From positions 3,192 through 67,191 of the forward strand of contig CAYWIT010000015.1 in NCBI GenBank assembly GCA_964458415.1: a stretch of DNA of 64,000 bases, read 5' to 3'. Made by a program: the position numbers and the translations under genes. Under the pieces are notes generated by a model. The model worked only from the letters and a program-made list of their open reading frames with translations, ran no database searches and was not told the origin of the DNA. This stretch comes from an uncultured Rhodospirillaceae bacterium (GTDB lineage: Bacteria; Pseudomonadota; Alphaproteobacteria; Micavibrionales; UBA2020). Below, piece after piece: positions 28,101 to 35,368 of the stretch (position 1 is the stretch's first letter; every line of letters begins with the position of its first letter).

Positions 28101-29266
28101 GAGGCTTCTTTCTTATCCAGCCCGACACGGAAAGGGACGCCCTGAAGAATTTTACAAGCGCCGCTGGCAGGGTCGAGTACGATACGATCGATACGGCGGA
28201 CGGGGTAGCTACGATTTGCGCGGATATAGGGGGACGGTCGCGGAAAATTTCCCTGAACGGTCGCTGCAATGGCTTTATATCCGGTGGCGGGTGCGCTCCA
28301 GTCGTTTGTTCCGGTCGGGGCGCACTGGATTTCCAGCTGTATGGTGGCGGTGGTTTTGGCATTAGCGGCATTGAATTTGAACAATCCGCGCGGCAGCGTG
28401 ATATCCAGCGAGATTTCCTCGGCATCGGCTTCGGTCGTGCGCGTGATAAAGCCGTCAGCCTTGCGCAGGCCGACCTGCAAATCGTTTTGCAAAACGCTGT
28501 TCGTATAAAGGGTCAGTGGCGTGTCGTTCTCATAGCCAAAACGTGTTTCGATTTCAATATCGTCAAAATCGGCAAGCGGCGTCTCGCCGATCTTGAGATC
28601 GTTGATATGAAGCGGGCCGTATCCCCAGATGAACAGCATGCGCAGATATTGATCTTTGCCGACGGTTTCCGTGTAGGGCAGGGCCCCTAGGGGGGGAACC
28701 ATTCTGTGCTGGCCCAGAACGTGCGGCACCCGGCCAAAGGGAACCGCCTGATTTCGGGCGCCCTGAATAAACAGGGAGGGACTTTCCTTGCCAAGGGCGG
28801 AGAATCTGGGACGGGCAGGCGGGGCCAGCGCGTTCAGGGCCAACCGGCCTAGAAGATTGACGCCGGTTGTAATCAGCCGGCCTGCACCGATGCCAAGGAA
28901 GGTTGTGCCGGCAGAAACGCCCAGCGCGCCGGAAATACCGGCAGCCAGCGCGGGGCTGGCGGCCAGAATAGCAAGAGAAAGAACGGTGCGGAGCGGGTTT
29001 TTTCCGCCACCCCCGCCGCCCATGGGCACCATGCGCAGGCTCAGGGTTGTGCCGGCCTTGGGGTAAATGCGCGCGAGATGGTTATTGGGCAGGGCATGGC
29101 CGTCAAGAAAGGCGTGAACATGGCGGCGGAGCAGGGGGTCCGGCTGAAACAGGCGAATCATCTCCGCAACGGATTTACCGGTTGCGATCTGACGGTGAAT
29201 GCGTTCCACGGCGAAAGGATGCGTGGCTGCCGTCACGGCAAAAAAATTATTCGTCGGGTTGTTCAT
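25172..29266 (-). CDS. Central tail fibre / host-specificity protein J-like with N-terminal lambda gpI-like domain
   Basis: 1364 aa; N-term ubiquitin-like segment ending PMGGGGGGKNP; PFGRVPHVLGQHRMVPPLGA; FnIII-like repeats; ends FDYLAQGYG. Confidence 0.85.
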   Translation of the reverse strand: MNNPTNNFFAVTAATHPFAVERIHRQIATGKSVAEMIRLFQPDPLLRRHVHAFLDGHALPNNHLARIYPKAGTTLSLRMVPMGGGGGGKNPLRTVLSLAILAASPALAAGISGALGVSAGTTFLGIGAGRLITTGVNLLGRLALNALAPPARPRFSALGKESPSLFIQGARNQAVPFGRVPHVLGQHRMVPPLGALPYTETVGKDQYLRMLFIWGYGPLHINDLKIGETPLADFDDIEIETRFGYENDTPLTLYTNSVLQNDLQVGLRKADGFITRTTEADAEEISLDITLPRGLFKFNAANAKTTATIQLEIQCAPTGTNDWSAPATGYKAIAATVQGNFPRPSPYIRANRSYPVRRIDRIVLDPASGACKILQGVPFRVGLDKKEASPPAVPKGFLAIARVERQSGDAAVIPASKITDERKSSLFGASFQTAGDFLATPATTADKIDIAAGGLQFTGLLVSAKQSSALRKSVSFRVAKGQYDVRIRRLTKDATDDNTFDETVWTALRTIRSATPVKMTGIAMTALRIRATDQLNGLIDRFNGVVHSILPDWNGTAWVEQVTANPAALFRHVLQGKANARPLADSRLDLEKIRIWHEACAATEREFNAIIDYDISVQEVLQDVAAAGRASPALQDGKWTVVEDRLQTIPVQHFTPRNTFRFQGQKSFDDIPHALRVRFINREKGWLQDERLVFDDGYDETTALRYDSLSLTGVTSAEQAWQDGRYHIATAKLRPENYIFYTDIEHIVCTRGDLIRFSHDVPLFGLAGARVKTVIDNGEAPALATGLVLDAEMTMAAGKNYALRIRQTDGTSLLLSVTTEEGRSSTLSLATPIPLTEAPHAGDLVIFGESGSESVELIVKSIEPQSNLSARIVCVDAAPAVHDAGNGAIPAFSSQITMPSDMQRPPTPVLSQIQSGEEVLIRQTDGSLTSRILVTLQPPAFSSFLDTEVLIRAADETSFRPAEILGRTQNRISVTDVTEGESYDLQIRYITSAGAHSSPLAISGHRVTGTTALPSDIENVTLNILGQTAYLSWMPVTDPDLSHYVLRFSPAITGANWSSAVDIVSRIAMDSSSLGIPAAVGTYFLKAVDTGGRMSATAAQVTSTIAALSGFNAILTVSEDSAFAGTRDGLERSGPLLQLNGIDSLDNWENIDNTVNVDIGDAGLLSSGIYNFANTADLGAVYTSRLTADLLVEGLDLNGTIDNRDNIDALESFDEAADPSLWSVGLQLRTTKDNPGAGPDWTPWMPFVVGDYTARAYEFRVIIQSYAANVTPALSRLRINIDMPDRTAGAGNITAAITGSAVAFDRPFRAVPALSITAQNMQSGDYYAITAQTAAGFSIQFFNSSGTGISRTFDYLAQGYGEAV

Positions 29267-29287
29267 TTTTTTTGTCGTTAGAAAGAT

Positions 29288-29701
29288 TCAACGCAAGGGG
29301 CTGTAGCGATAGAAACCGCTGATCCGCCGGCTCCAGCGGTTTTCACGGTAACGTTCAATGACGCTGTTGATATTCCATTCGATATGCAGCATCTGGCCAT
29401 CGCCAAGGACAAGACCGACATGCATGGGCTGGCCATTCAGTCGCAGGAGAATCAGGTCGCCAAGAATTTCCGTGTCGGCAGGAATGGCTTGCCAGAGAAG
29501 GGCTTCCCTTGTGATCAGTGCGCCAATACGGGCGGTTTCCGTTGTGCGGTCATATTCATGGACATAAGAGGGCAGGGCTATGCCGAATTGCTCTGCCAAA
29601 ACCAGTCGTGTCAGACCCCAGCAATCAAGCCCGCTGCGGTCCCGGCCATGATCCTTGAAGGGCAGTCCGATATAATGTCCTGCCCAGAATGGAATGGGCA
29701 T
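29288..29701 (-). CDS. NlpC/P60 tail-associated peptidase (lambda gpK-like)
   Basis: YIGLPF...GRDRSGLDCWGL (catalytic Cys), HVGL, MLH. Confidence 0.9.
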   Translation of the reverse strand: MPIPFWAGHYIGLPFKDHGRDRSGLDCWGLTRLVLAEQFGIALPSYVHEYDRTTETARIGALITREALLWQAIPADTEILGDLILLRLNGQPMHVGLVLGDGQMLHIEWNINSVIERYRENRWSRRISGFYRYSPLR

Positions 29702-29723
29702 GGAGGCTGTGCTTTCTGGAATT

Positions 29724-29757
29724 GAAAAACCCGCCGGATTGCTCCAGACGGGTTTTC
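29724..29757 (-). terminator. Intrinsic terminator inside tail operon
   Basis: Minus strand: CCCGUCUGGA-GCAA-UCCGGCGGG then UUUUU; GNRA loop; flanking A/T tracts make it potentially bidirectional. Confidence 0.75.
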
Positions 29758-29782
29758 AGAAGAATAAAGGTAAAGAGTTGTG

Positions 29783-30067
29783 TCAGCTCATCATGCCGGT
29801 TGTTGGTTTGACGGTGCGGGATTGTGCCGGTTTCATTTCAGTGGCCGTGGAAGACAATTTGGCAACATAAGACTGGAATTTTTCCGGATTTGTTTTATCT
29901 GGATTAGCGGCGACATAGTCATTCATGCCCTTGATGGTGGCTTGCGCGTTTTGCGAGAGGCCGCCGCGGGTATCTTCTCCAATCAGGGAAAGGGATCCCA
30001 GCAGGTATTTCCCCGCCTCTGTATTGGTTGCACCGCTAACGAATTGCGATTTGATACCACCGTTCAT
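29783..30067 (-). CDS. Hypothetical 94-aa protein, moron-like insertion
   Basis: SD GGAGGG; AT-rich upstream gap (30121-30236); own terminator; no virion-protein features. Confidence 0.6.
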   Translation of the reverse strand: MNGGIKSQFVSGATNTEAGKYLLGSLSLIGEDTRGGLSQNAQATIKGMNDYVAANPDKTNPEKFQSYVAKLSSTATEMKPAQSRTVKPTTGMMS

Positions 30068-30236
30068 ATTTCAAGCCCTCCAGCCCGTCGTTTGCTTACG
30101 GGACAGTTTCAAACTGTTTGATTAACCGCCCGATTATTAGCTTATTTTTACTACTTTATCCCAGTTTTTTAAATTTTACCATAAGAAAAATAAACAAAAT
30201 ATGAATACTATGAAAAAAGTGTGTTACCTCAAGATG

Positions 30237-30710
30237 TTAGAATAACCCCGGGAACAGGCTGGGAGAGAAGCTTGCCGCTGGAAAAGGCTCTGTTGTGAAG
30301 TCTTCAAGCGTCAGATTCCCGGCAACAACTTGCGAATCGTAGGTGACGTCGGTCAGGCGAAAATCGGTAAATGCGGCTTCGACGGTTTCCGGTTCCGCGG
30401 CACGGACAATCTCGATCAGAACGGAAGGCGAGGACGTCAGGCTGCGGACCGCCGCCACAATCTGGCGATCAATATTGTCAATGACCAGATGGGCGCGTGG
30501 AGTCCTGTTATCGTCATCATCCGGCAGGCTCAGCTCAAAAGGAAAGGGAACAAAGCTGTTGCCGCGGCTGAGGGTGATGACGGCATCGCTCGTGACGCGG
30601 AGGGGCTCCGTCAGGGCTTCATGGGAAAGCGTGAGCAAAATCAGAAAGGCTTCGCTGGTCTCGGGCGCATAGAGCGCCTGCCGGGTGGAGAGAGTAATAT
30701 TGCGGCTCAT
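30237..30710 (-). CDS. DUF1833 family tail-tip protein (lambda gpL-like position)
   Basis: LILLTLSH...LRVTSD...F.PFPFELSLPD...LVIDNIDR...P.V.IEIV.A.EP.TVE. Confidence 0.8.
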   Translation of the reverse strand: MSRNITLSTRQALYAPETSEAFLILLTLSHEALTEPLRVTSDAVITLSRGNSFVPFPFELSLPDDDDNRTPRAHLVIDNIDRQIVAAVRSLTSSPSVLIEIVRAAEPETVEAAFTDFRLTDVTYDSQVVAGNLTLEDFTTEPFPAASFSPSLFPGLF

Positions 30711-31057
30711 GGCAAAATCTCCAGAGAGAGAAGAACGCGGTAATAGGAACCGTTGACGGCAGCATATTCCGGCGGATTGATGAACCTGCAGGACAGCGTG
30801 TCCCCCGTTCGCGGATGGCTAAAGTCAAAGGCCAGCGCTCCACCCGAGAGCGTCGTGGTATAAAAATTGTCAAGAATGCCTGCCTGCGCGCTGTTCAGAA
30901 GGTATCCGAAAGAAATTTTGCGGATGGCCGCCGTTGTCCGTTGCCGGACTTTTGCTGGCCCTTGCTCCATCTCGGTACGCAGAACGGTGGCAGGGAGGGT
31001 TTCATGAAAATTGTCGAGCAGCGGTGAAACGGGCAGCGTAGCAGGCCATTGTGGCAT
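30707..31057 (-). CDS. Distal tail protein-like (lambda gpM position)
   Basis: WPATLP...LRTEMEQGPAKVRQRTT...FY...L.GG.L.F.F.HP motif; directly follows tape measure. Confidence 0.7.
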   Translation of the reverse strand: MPQWPATLPVSPLLDNFHETLPATVLRTEMEQGPAKVRQRTTAAIRKISFGYLLNSAQAGILDNFYTTTLSGGALAFDFSHPRTGDTLSCRFINPPEYAAVNGSYYRVLLSLEILP

Positions 31058-31069
31058 AGACTATTCTCC

Positions 31070-31558
31070 TTATCGGCCGGTCAGATCTGGGGCCAGCCCA
31101 AAAAGGGAGCGCAAGACGCCGGAAGTCTGACGGCCGCGCAAAAGACTGTTGGCCACCATTTGGTCAATTGTAATCTCCAGATATTTTCTGTCATCCGAGG
31201 TAGAAAGTTCACGTGCCGTTACGCTTGTCTGGGTATTGTTATTGATGACCACAGTGATCCCGCCATCGGCACCTCCGGCAGTCCGGCCGTTTTGCGGCAG
31301 CGGAAGACCAAGGATAGCGCTGATCACATGAGGAAGTTCGTGCCGTGCAACGCCGTCCAGGGTGCCGGCGATAATATCCCGTTCGGGTTTTCGCGGGGCC
31401 GTTGATTGTGCGGCGGACAGGGATTGCGTCAGCGCTTTGAAAAGCGGATGAAGTCCGTTTTCGGCCAGACCGCGCAGCGATTCCTGCAGGGCGCCGGTTT
31501 TATCCTTCATGTCGTCGAGGGCCCGGGAAAGGCTATTCGTTTCTTCAGACAGCGGCAT
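31070..31558 (-). CDS. Very short tape-measure-like protein (162 aa)
   Basis: Position after tail chaperones; helical N-term; C-term VVINNNT...ITIDQMVA...FGL....GR typical of lambda-type TMP C-termini. Confidence 0.7.
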   Translation of the reverse strand: MPLSEETNSLSRALDDMKDKTGALQESLRGLAENGLHPLFKALTQSLSAAQSTAPRKPERDIIAGTLDGVARHELPHVISAILGLPLPQNGRTAGGADGGITVVINNNTQTSVTARELSTSDDRKYLEITIDQMVANSLLRGRQTSGVLRSLFGLAPDLTGR

Positions 31559-31773
31559 TATATATTTCCTTTATGTTCCGGATTGTCAGGAAAGCGGTGC
31601 ATCAGCGCTTGCAGCGTGGACAGCGGTGGCGGGCGGCCGCCGGATTCATTTTGCGTGTGGTAGCGGCGGAATCCGGCCAGCGCATCGCGGATATCCTCTA
31701 GGCTCGCGTCCTGCATGACGGTTTTTGGTGGCCAGCCCAGAACACCCATCATAAATCCGCGGAGGCCCCTCAA
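31558..31773 (-). CDS. Tail assembly chaperone 2 (RcGTA g10.1-like)
   Basis: GVLGWPP......ASLEDI..AL.G and LQALM.RFPD motifs. Confidence 0.7.
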   Translation of the reverse strand: MRGLRGFMMGVLGWPPKTVMQDASLEDIRDALAGFRRYHTQNESGGRPPPLSTLQALMHRFPDNPEHKGNI

Positions 31774-31796
31774 ATCGCTCTGGCGGCCCGGGCTGC

Positions 31797-32120
31797 TCAG
31801 CGCTCCCCCGGCGGGGAGACCCCTATTTCCTGCAAAGGGGAAATCAGCTGGACAAGGATTTGTGCCAAAAGAACGGGAGCGGTTACAGGCGGACGCCCCA
31901 AAAAAAATTCTGCCAGCGCCGTCTTTTCAATTTTTGCACCGGTCAGGAGATAGACGTCATGCAGGATATCGATAATTTCCGTCAGGGGCAGGGCCTGTTT
32001 GGCCAGCTGCTCTGCCAATAGAAAAACATTGCCGTTGTCCTGTTCCAGACGGGAGACAAGCGCCAATGTTGTGTGCAGCATGATCTGTCCGTCCGGCAGG
32101 GGAAGCTTCAGAGCGTTCAT
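31797..32120 (-). CDS. Tail assembly chaperone 1 (GTA gp10-like)
   Basis: L.LHTTLALVSRLEQ..G.VF.LAEQL pattern; between tail tube and TMP. Confidence 0.7.
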   Translation of the reverse strand: MNALKLPLPDGQIMLHTTLALVSRLEQDNGNVFLLAEQLAKQALPLTEIIDILHDVYLLTGAKIEKTALAEFFLGRPPVTAPVLLAQILVQLISPLQEIGVSPPGER

Positions 32121-32122
32121 GG

Positions 32123-32539
32123 TCAGGCTCCCGGTGTAAAGCTGCCGTTGCCGCTGCGCAGCAGCGTCAGGCTAAATGCTTCGAGACCCTCGGCGCTGCC
32201 GCTGCGGGCATAGGCGTCGATGACAAAGGCGGCTTGATAATTGTCCCCGTTGGGGAAGAAAAGAGCGTAGTTTTTGACGCTGCGGTCAAAAGCTGCGGCG
32301 CGCAGCAGCTCTTCGGCCGCGCTGTCCTTGAAAAGTCCGTCAAGGGCAATTCTCAGGCTTTGTACGCCGGCATCGGCAATGAAGTGCTGGATGCCGCCGC
32401 TGTCCATTGTTGTTCCGTCCGCAGGCGCGTTGTTCAGGCTGATCGAAGCCGTGCGGGCGGCGCCGATCGTCGTGAATATTTCCGGGGAACCGCCATCGCC
32501 GATTTTGAGCAGAAGGTCGCGGCCTTTTTGTAGGGACAT
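32123..32539 (-). CDS. Major tail tube protein, TP901-1 family (RcGTA g9-like)
   Basis: QKGRDLLLKIGDG...F.TIG..R...I...AG....I...GLFKD.AAE. Confidence 0.9.
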   Translation of the reverse strand: MSLQKGRDLLLKIGDGGSPEIFTTIGAARTASISLNNAPADGTTMDSGGIQHFIADAGVQSLRIALDGLFKDSAAEELLRAAAFDRSVKNYALFFPNGDNYQAAFVIDAYARSGSAEGLEAFSLTLLRSGNGSFTPGA

Positions 32540-32551
32540 GGATATACTCCT

Positions 32552-32965
32552 TTAAAGCGGGTCGAGGATGATGCGGAAACGCAGGATTCCGTGGCGGGTC
32601 GCGCCGTCACTTTCCAGCAAGGTTGCGGCCTCAAGGGATTGGCAAAGAACCAATTGATAAGCGTCTACGGGAAAATCCGCGTTTTCCAGAGCCGCCGCAA
32701 TGGCGGCCATTATATTCTGAATTTCGGCAAAACCATAATAACGGCTATAGCTATGGATATTAAGATGAATATCATGACTGGTTCCGTTCTGGGTCCTGAG
32801 CGCGGTTTGCGTCATTTCTCCCAAAGCGACATAAGGAAATTCCGTACCGGCAGGCACATGGTCAAGAATGCTGGCGGTGCCGGCGGCAAGAAGCGCCGTC
32901 AGCGGGGCGTTTGTAATCAGGCGGTCATAAACGGCGCTCTGAAGATTGGAAAGCGGGGCTGTCAT
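32552..32965 (-). CDS. Tail terminator, DUF3168 (RcGTA g8-like)
   Basis: LQSAVYDRL...D.VP....FPYV.LGE...HG.LRFRI. Confidence 0.85.
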   Translation of the reverse strand: MTAPLSNLQSAVYDRLITNAPLTALLAAGTASILDHVPAGTEFPYVALGEMTQTALRTQNGTSHDIHLNIHSYSRYYGFAEIQNIMAAIAAALENADFPVDAYQLVLCQSLEAATLLESDGATRHGILRFRIILDPL

Positions 32966-33038
32966 GATATCTGGCCTTTGAAAGTTTGGTAAAAACGCTT
33001 ATTTTTAAACAAGGTTGTTTTATTGTCCGGAGGGCTTC

Positions 33039-33740
33039 ATGGCAAAGCGCTACTTTTTTCAGGGTCTGCTTGTGGCGGCAGCCCTTTCGTTTTTTTCAGT
33101 CAATAGCGCCTGGGCCAGTTTTGAACAGGGCAAGGAGGCCTATGAACGCAAGAACTGGCAGCAGGCTATTTATTATCTTCGCCCGCTTGCCGAATCCGGC
33201 GATGCGCGCGCCATGATTGTTTTGGGCAACATGTATAGTCAGGGCCTTGGCGTCGCGCAGGATGACAAAGAGGCCTTTTCGCTTTACCTCAAAGCTGCAA
33301 GATTGAATCATCCGGATGCCATGGCTGCTGTTGGCGCGATGTACCAGCAGGGGCGTGGAACAGCCAAAAATCTGAAATACGCTCTGGGGTGGTATGGCCG
33401 CGCTGCACAAGCCGGGCAAAATGCCGCGGCCACTCTTTACGCCATGCTTCTTTACAGGGGAAACAGAAGCGATGACAAGGCGCAGGAATTAATCCCCGAT
33501 CATGTTGAATCCTATAAGTGGTTTACGATTGCCGCCCGTCAGACGCAGAATAAAAAAACGCAGGCTACATTGCGGCAGATGGCAAGCAAGGTGGCGGAGA
33601 ACCTCGCCCATGCGGATATTGCCAAAGCGGATAGTGCGGCGACGGTATGGAAGCCTGTTGCCACGGAAGCCCTCGGCCCTTTTCCAGAGGAGGCTGATTC
33701 TGCCGCAGAGGATTCTAAGGCGCCCTTACCTCCGCAATAA
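33039..33740 (+). CDS. Secreted Sel1-repeat protein, antisense within the virion operon
   Basis: SD GGAGG; signal peptide ending AWA; repeats A...LG.MY..G.GV.QD..EA...Y..AA..G. Confidence 0.85.
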   Translation: MAKRYFFQGLLVAAALSFFSVNSAWASFEQGKEAYERKNWQQAIYYLRPLAESGDARAMIVLGNMYSQGLGVAQDDKEAFSLYLKAARLNHPDAMAAVGAMYQQGRGTAKNLKYALGWYGRAAQAGQNAAATLYAMLLYRGNRSDDKAQELIPDHVESYKWFTIAARQTQNKKTQATLRQMASKVAENLAHADIAKADSAATVWKPVATEALGPFPEEADSAAEDSKAPLPPQ

Positions 33741-34041
33741 TAACCAGATATTCCAGACGGCTGTCGCGCGGAAGAAGCGAGATAATATTATAAATCCGTG
33801 TCCCGTCGGTCAGCCGCATGTCGGTCGTGATATCAACGCGGTGACGGATGATAATGCGATGTGTGGCGCGCGTGGCAATCTGCCGGAAGCGAAGTTCCTC
33901 CCGAAAAGTCAACGGTGCAATTTCAGCAAAGACTTCCGGATCAGCGGGAATGTCCTGCCAGCTCACGGCGAAGCCGCCGCTGCTGTCGGGCGTCCTGATT
34001 TCGCGCTGGACGGTCAGGCGTTCGCGGAGCCGGCCGATCAT
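33715..34041 (-). CDS. Head closure / head-tail adaptor (SPP1 gp16-like, RcGTA g7-like)
   Basis: MIGRLRERLTVQ....TPD..GGF...W...THRIIIRHR.D....MRL. Confidence 0.9.
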   Translation of the reverse strand: MIGRLRERLTVQREIRTPDSSGGFAVSWQDIPADPEVFAEIAPLTFREELRFRQIATRATHRIIIRHRVDITTDMRLTDGTRIYNIISLLPRDSRLEYLVIIAEVRAP

Positions 34042-34676
34042 GACAGCCCCATTCTTTTAAAGGGTTGAAACATGTTCTGTGCGCCGGAAGTGGCGAGGGC
34101 CGTTGCTGCTTCATCGCCGCGGTGCGTGTAAAGATGGGCCGCCAGCTGGCGGATTCCTTGACGCAGGGCAGCCGGAATTTTTTCCGGTGTCGCGCCATAT
34201 CCGGCCCTGAACTGGATCTCGATGCCGCTGGCATTTCTGCCCGGCGTGGGCGGGCTTATGCCGGATTTCAAGACAATCCGCCCCGGGATTCCGGCATTGT
34301 CGGCAAAATAGGATGCGGCGGGATATTCCGTTGCGGTATTGTCTTCCGCGTAAATATTGATGCGGATCACGGAGACAAGTGGCGGGTGAGGCAGCACAAG
34401 AACCGAGGGGGCTGAAAGCCGCGCGCCTTCGCGCAGCCCGTCCCACCAAGATTCGCAGGCTTTGCCGGGCCAGCAGTCTAGATAAAGGCTATAGCTGCGG
34501 GTAATCAGCGCGCAGCCCGTAAATTGCTCGCAACTCTGCCGCGCGGCAGCGATCAAACCGGCCAGCAGGTCGTTATCGGTATCATGGTTCAGGCGCAGGT
34601 GATTTTTTAAATCGTCCAGCGTCACCGGCTCGGCGCCGGGAGCAAGGGTTTCCACAAGGCGGCAGGGGGCGGTCAT
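34038..34676 (-). CDS. Head-tail connector (gp6-like, RcGTA g6-like)
   Basis: EPVTLDDLKNHLRL...LI.AAR...E..TG.ALITR...IEI.F.AGYG...P.ALRQ.I..L.AH.Y..RG. Confidence 0.9.
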   Translation of the reverse strand: MTAPCRLVETLAPGAEPVTLDDLKNHLRLNHDTDNDLLAGLIAAARQSCEQFTGCALITRSYSLYLDCWPGKACESWWDGLREGARLSAPSVLVLPHPPLVSVIRINIYAEDNTATEYPAASYFADNAGIPGRIVLKSGISPPTPGRNASGIEIQFRAGYGATPEKIPAALRQGIRQLAAHLYTHRGDEAATALATSGAQNMFQPFKRMGLS

Positions 34677-34699
34677 GATACTTCTCTTGAAACAGGTTT

Positions 34700-34742
34700 A
34701 AAAAAAGAGGGTGAGAGCGGGCATGTACTGGCCCCCACCCTC
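34700..34742 (-). terminator. Intrinsic terminator after head-decoration gene
   Basis: GAGGGTG...CACCCTC arms with inner GGGC/GCCC; A7 tract on plus strand gives a U-tract on the minus strand. Confidence 0.65.
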
Positions 34743-34765
34743 AGGCGCAGGTGGAGGTCGTCAAA

Positions 34766-35215
34766 TCAGGCATTGTCAACGGGGGTTTCATGAGCCATGC
34801 CTTTGAGCGCCAGCATCGCAATCGGGCCGCCCGTTGCAAGGGAAATGGGGGTTGCGGTCACCTTGACAAAACGCTTGCCGCCACGATATCCGATAACATG
34901 ACGCTTGTTTTCCTTGCCTGAGGCATCAATGCTGGCAAACACACCGGAAGACAGGCCTGTAAAGTTCAACACGTCTTCATCGCTGCAAGCGGCATAGGCG
35001 CCAGGAGCGCCGGAGCCGTCATCGTCGGCCTGTTCGATTTTGAGATCGATACGTACTGATGCGCTCAGGGTATCGGCAATATTGCCGACGGCGACGACGA
35101 TGGCCAGATCCTCGAATCCCTGCAGGTCAATATCGCCGGAGTTCAGGGCGGCGGCCTGAATCGTCTGGGGGTTGAGCGGCTGGGCAATCACGACATTATT
35201 CACGATGTTATGCAT
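34766..35215 (-). CDS. Capsid-associated decoration/spike-base-like protein
   Basis: Follows the major capsid; IDLQGFE...IGYRGGKRFVKV motif common in genes downstream of alphaproteobacterial HK97 capsids. Confidence 0.65.
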   Translation of the reverse strand: MHNIVNNVVIAQPLNPQTIQAAALNSGDIDLQGFEDLAIVVAVGNIADTLSASVRIDLKIEQADDDGSGAPGAYAACSDEDVLNFTGLSSGVFASIDASGKENKRHVIGYRGGKRFVKVTATPISLATGGPIAMLALKGMAHETPVDNA

Positions 35216-35240
35216 GAAAAATCCTTTCATTTATGCGTTA

Positions 35241-35355
35241 AAAAGGCTGCGGGGGGATACCTTTTCGCGGTTTTTTAAACCGGAGGCGGGAGGGGCGCCC
35301 GCATGGAAAAAGCATCCCCCGCAGCGGCGCGCCCGGTTTGGGGAGACGGCGCGCC
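35241..35355 (-). terminator. Branched RNA structure / terminator after major capsid gene
   Basis: Long closing stem GCTGCGGGGG (35246) / CCCCCGCAGC (35325) enclosing two hairpins, U-tract on minus strand, plus a GGCGCGCC...GGCGCGCC hairpin. Confidence 0.55.
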
Positions 35356-35368
35356 AATCAGTTTAGGT

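Noticed and set aside
23795-29266. Diversity-generating retroelement acting on fibre genes
   Set aside because: No reverse transcriptase and no template/variable repeat pair differing at adenines was seen
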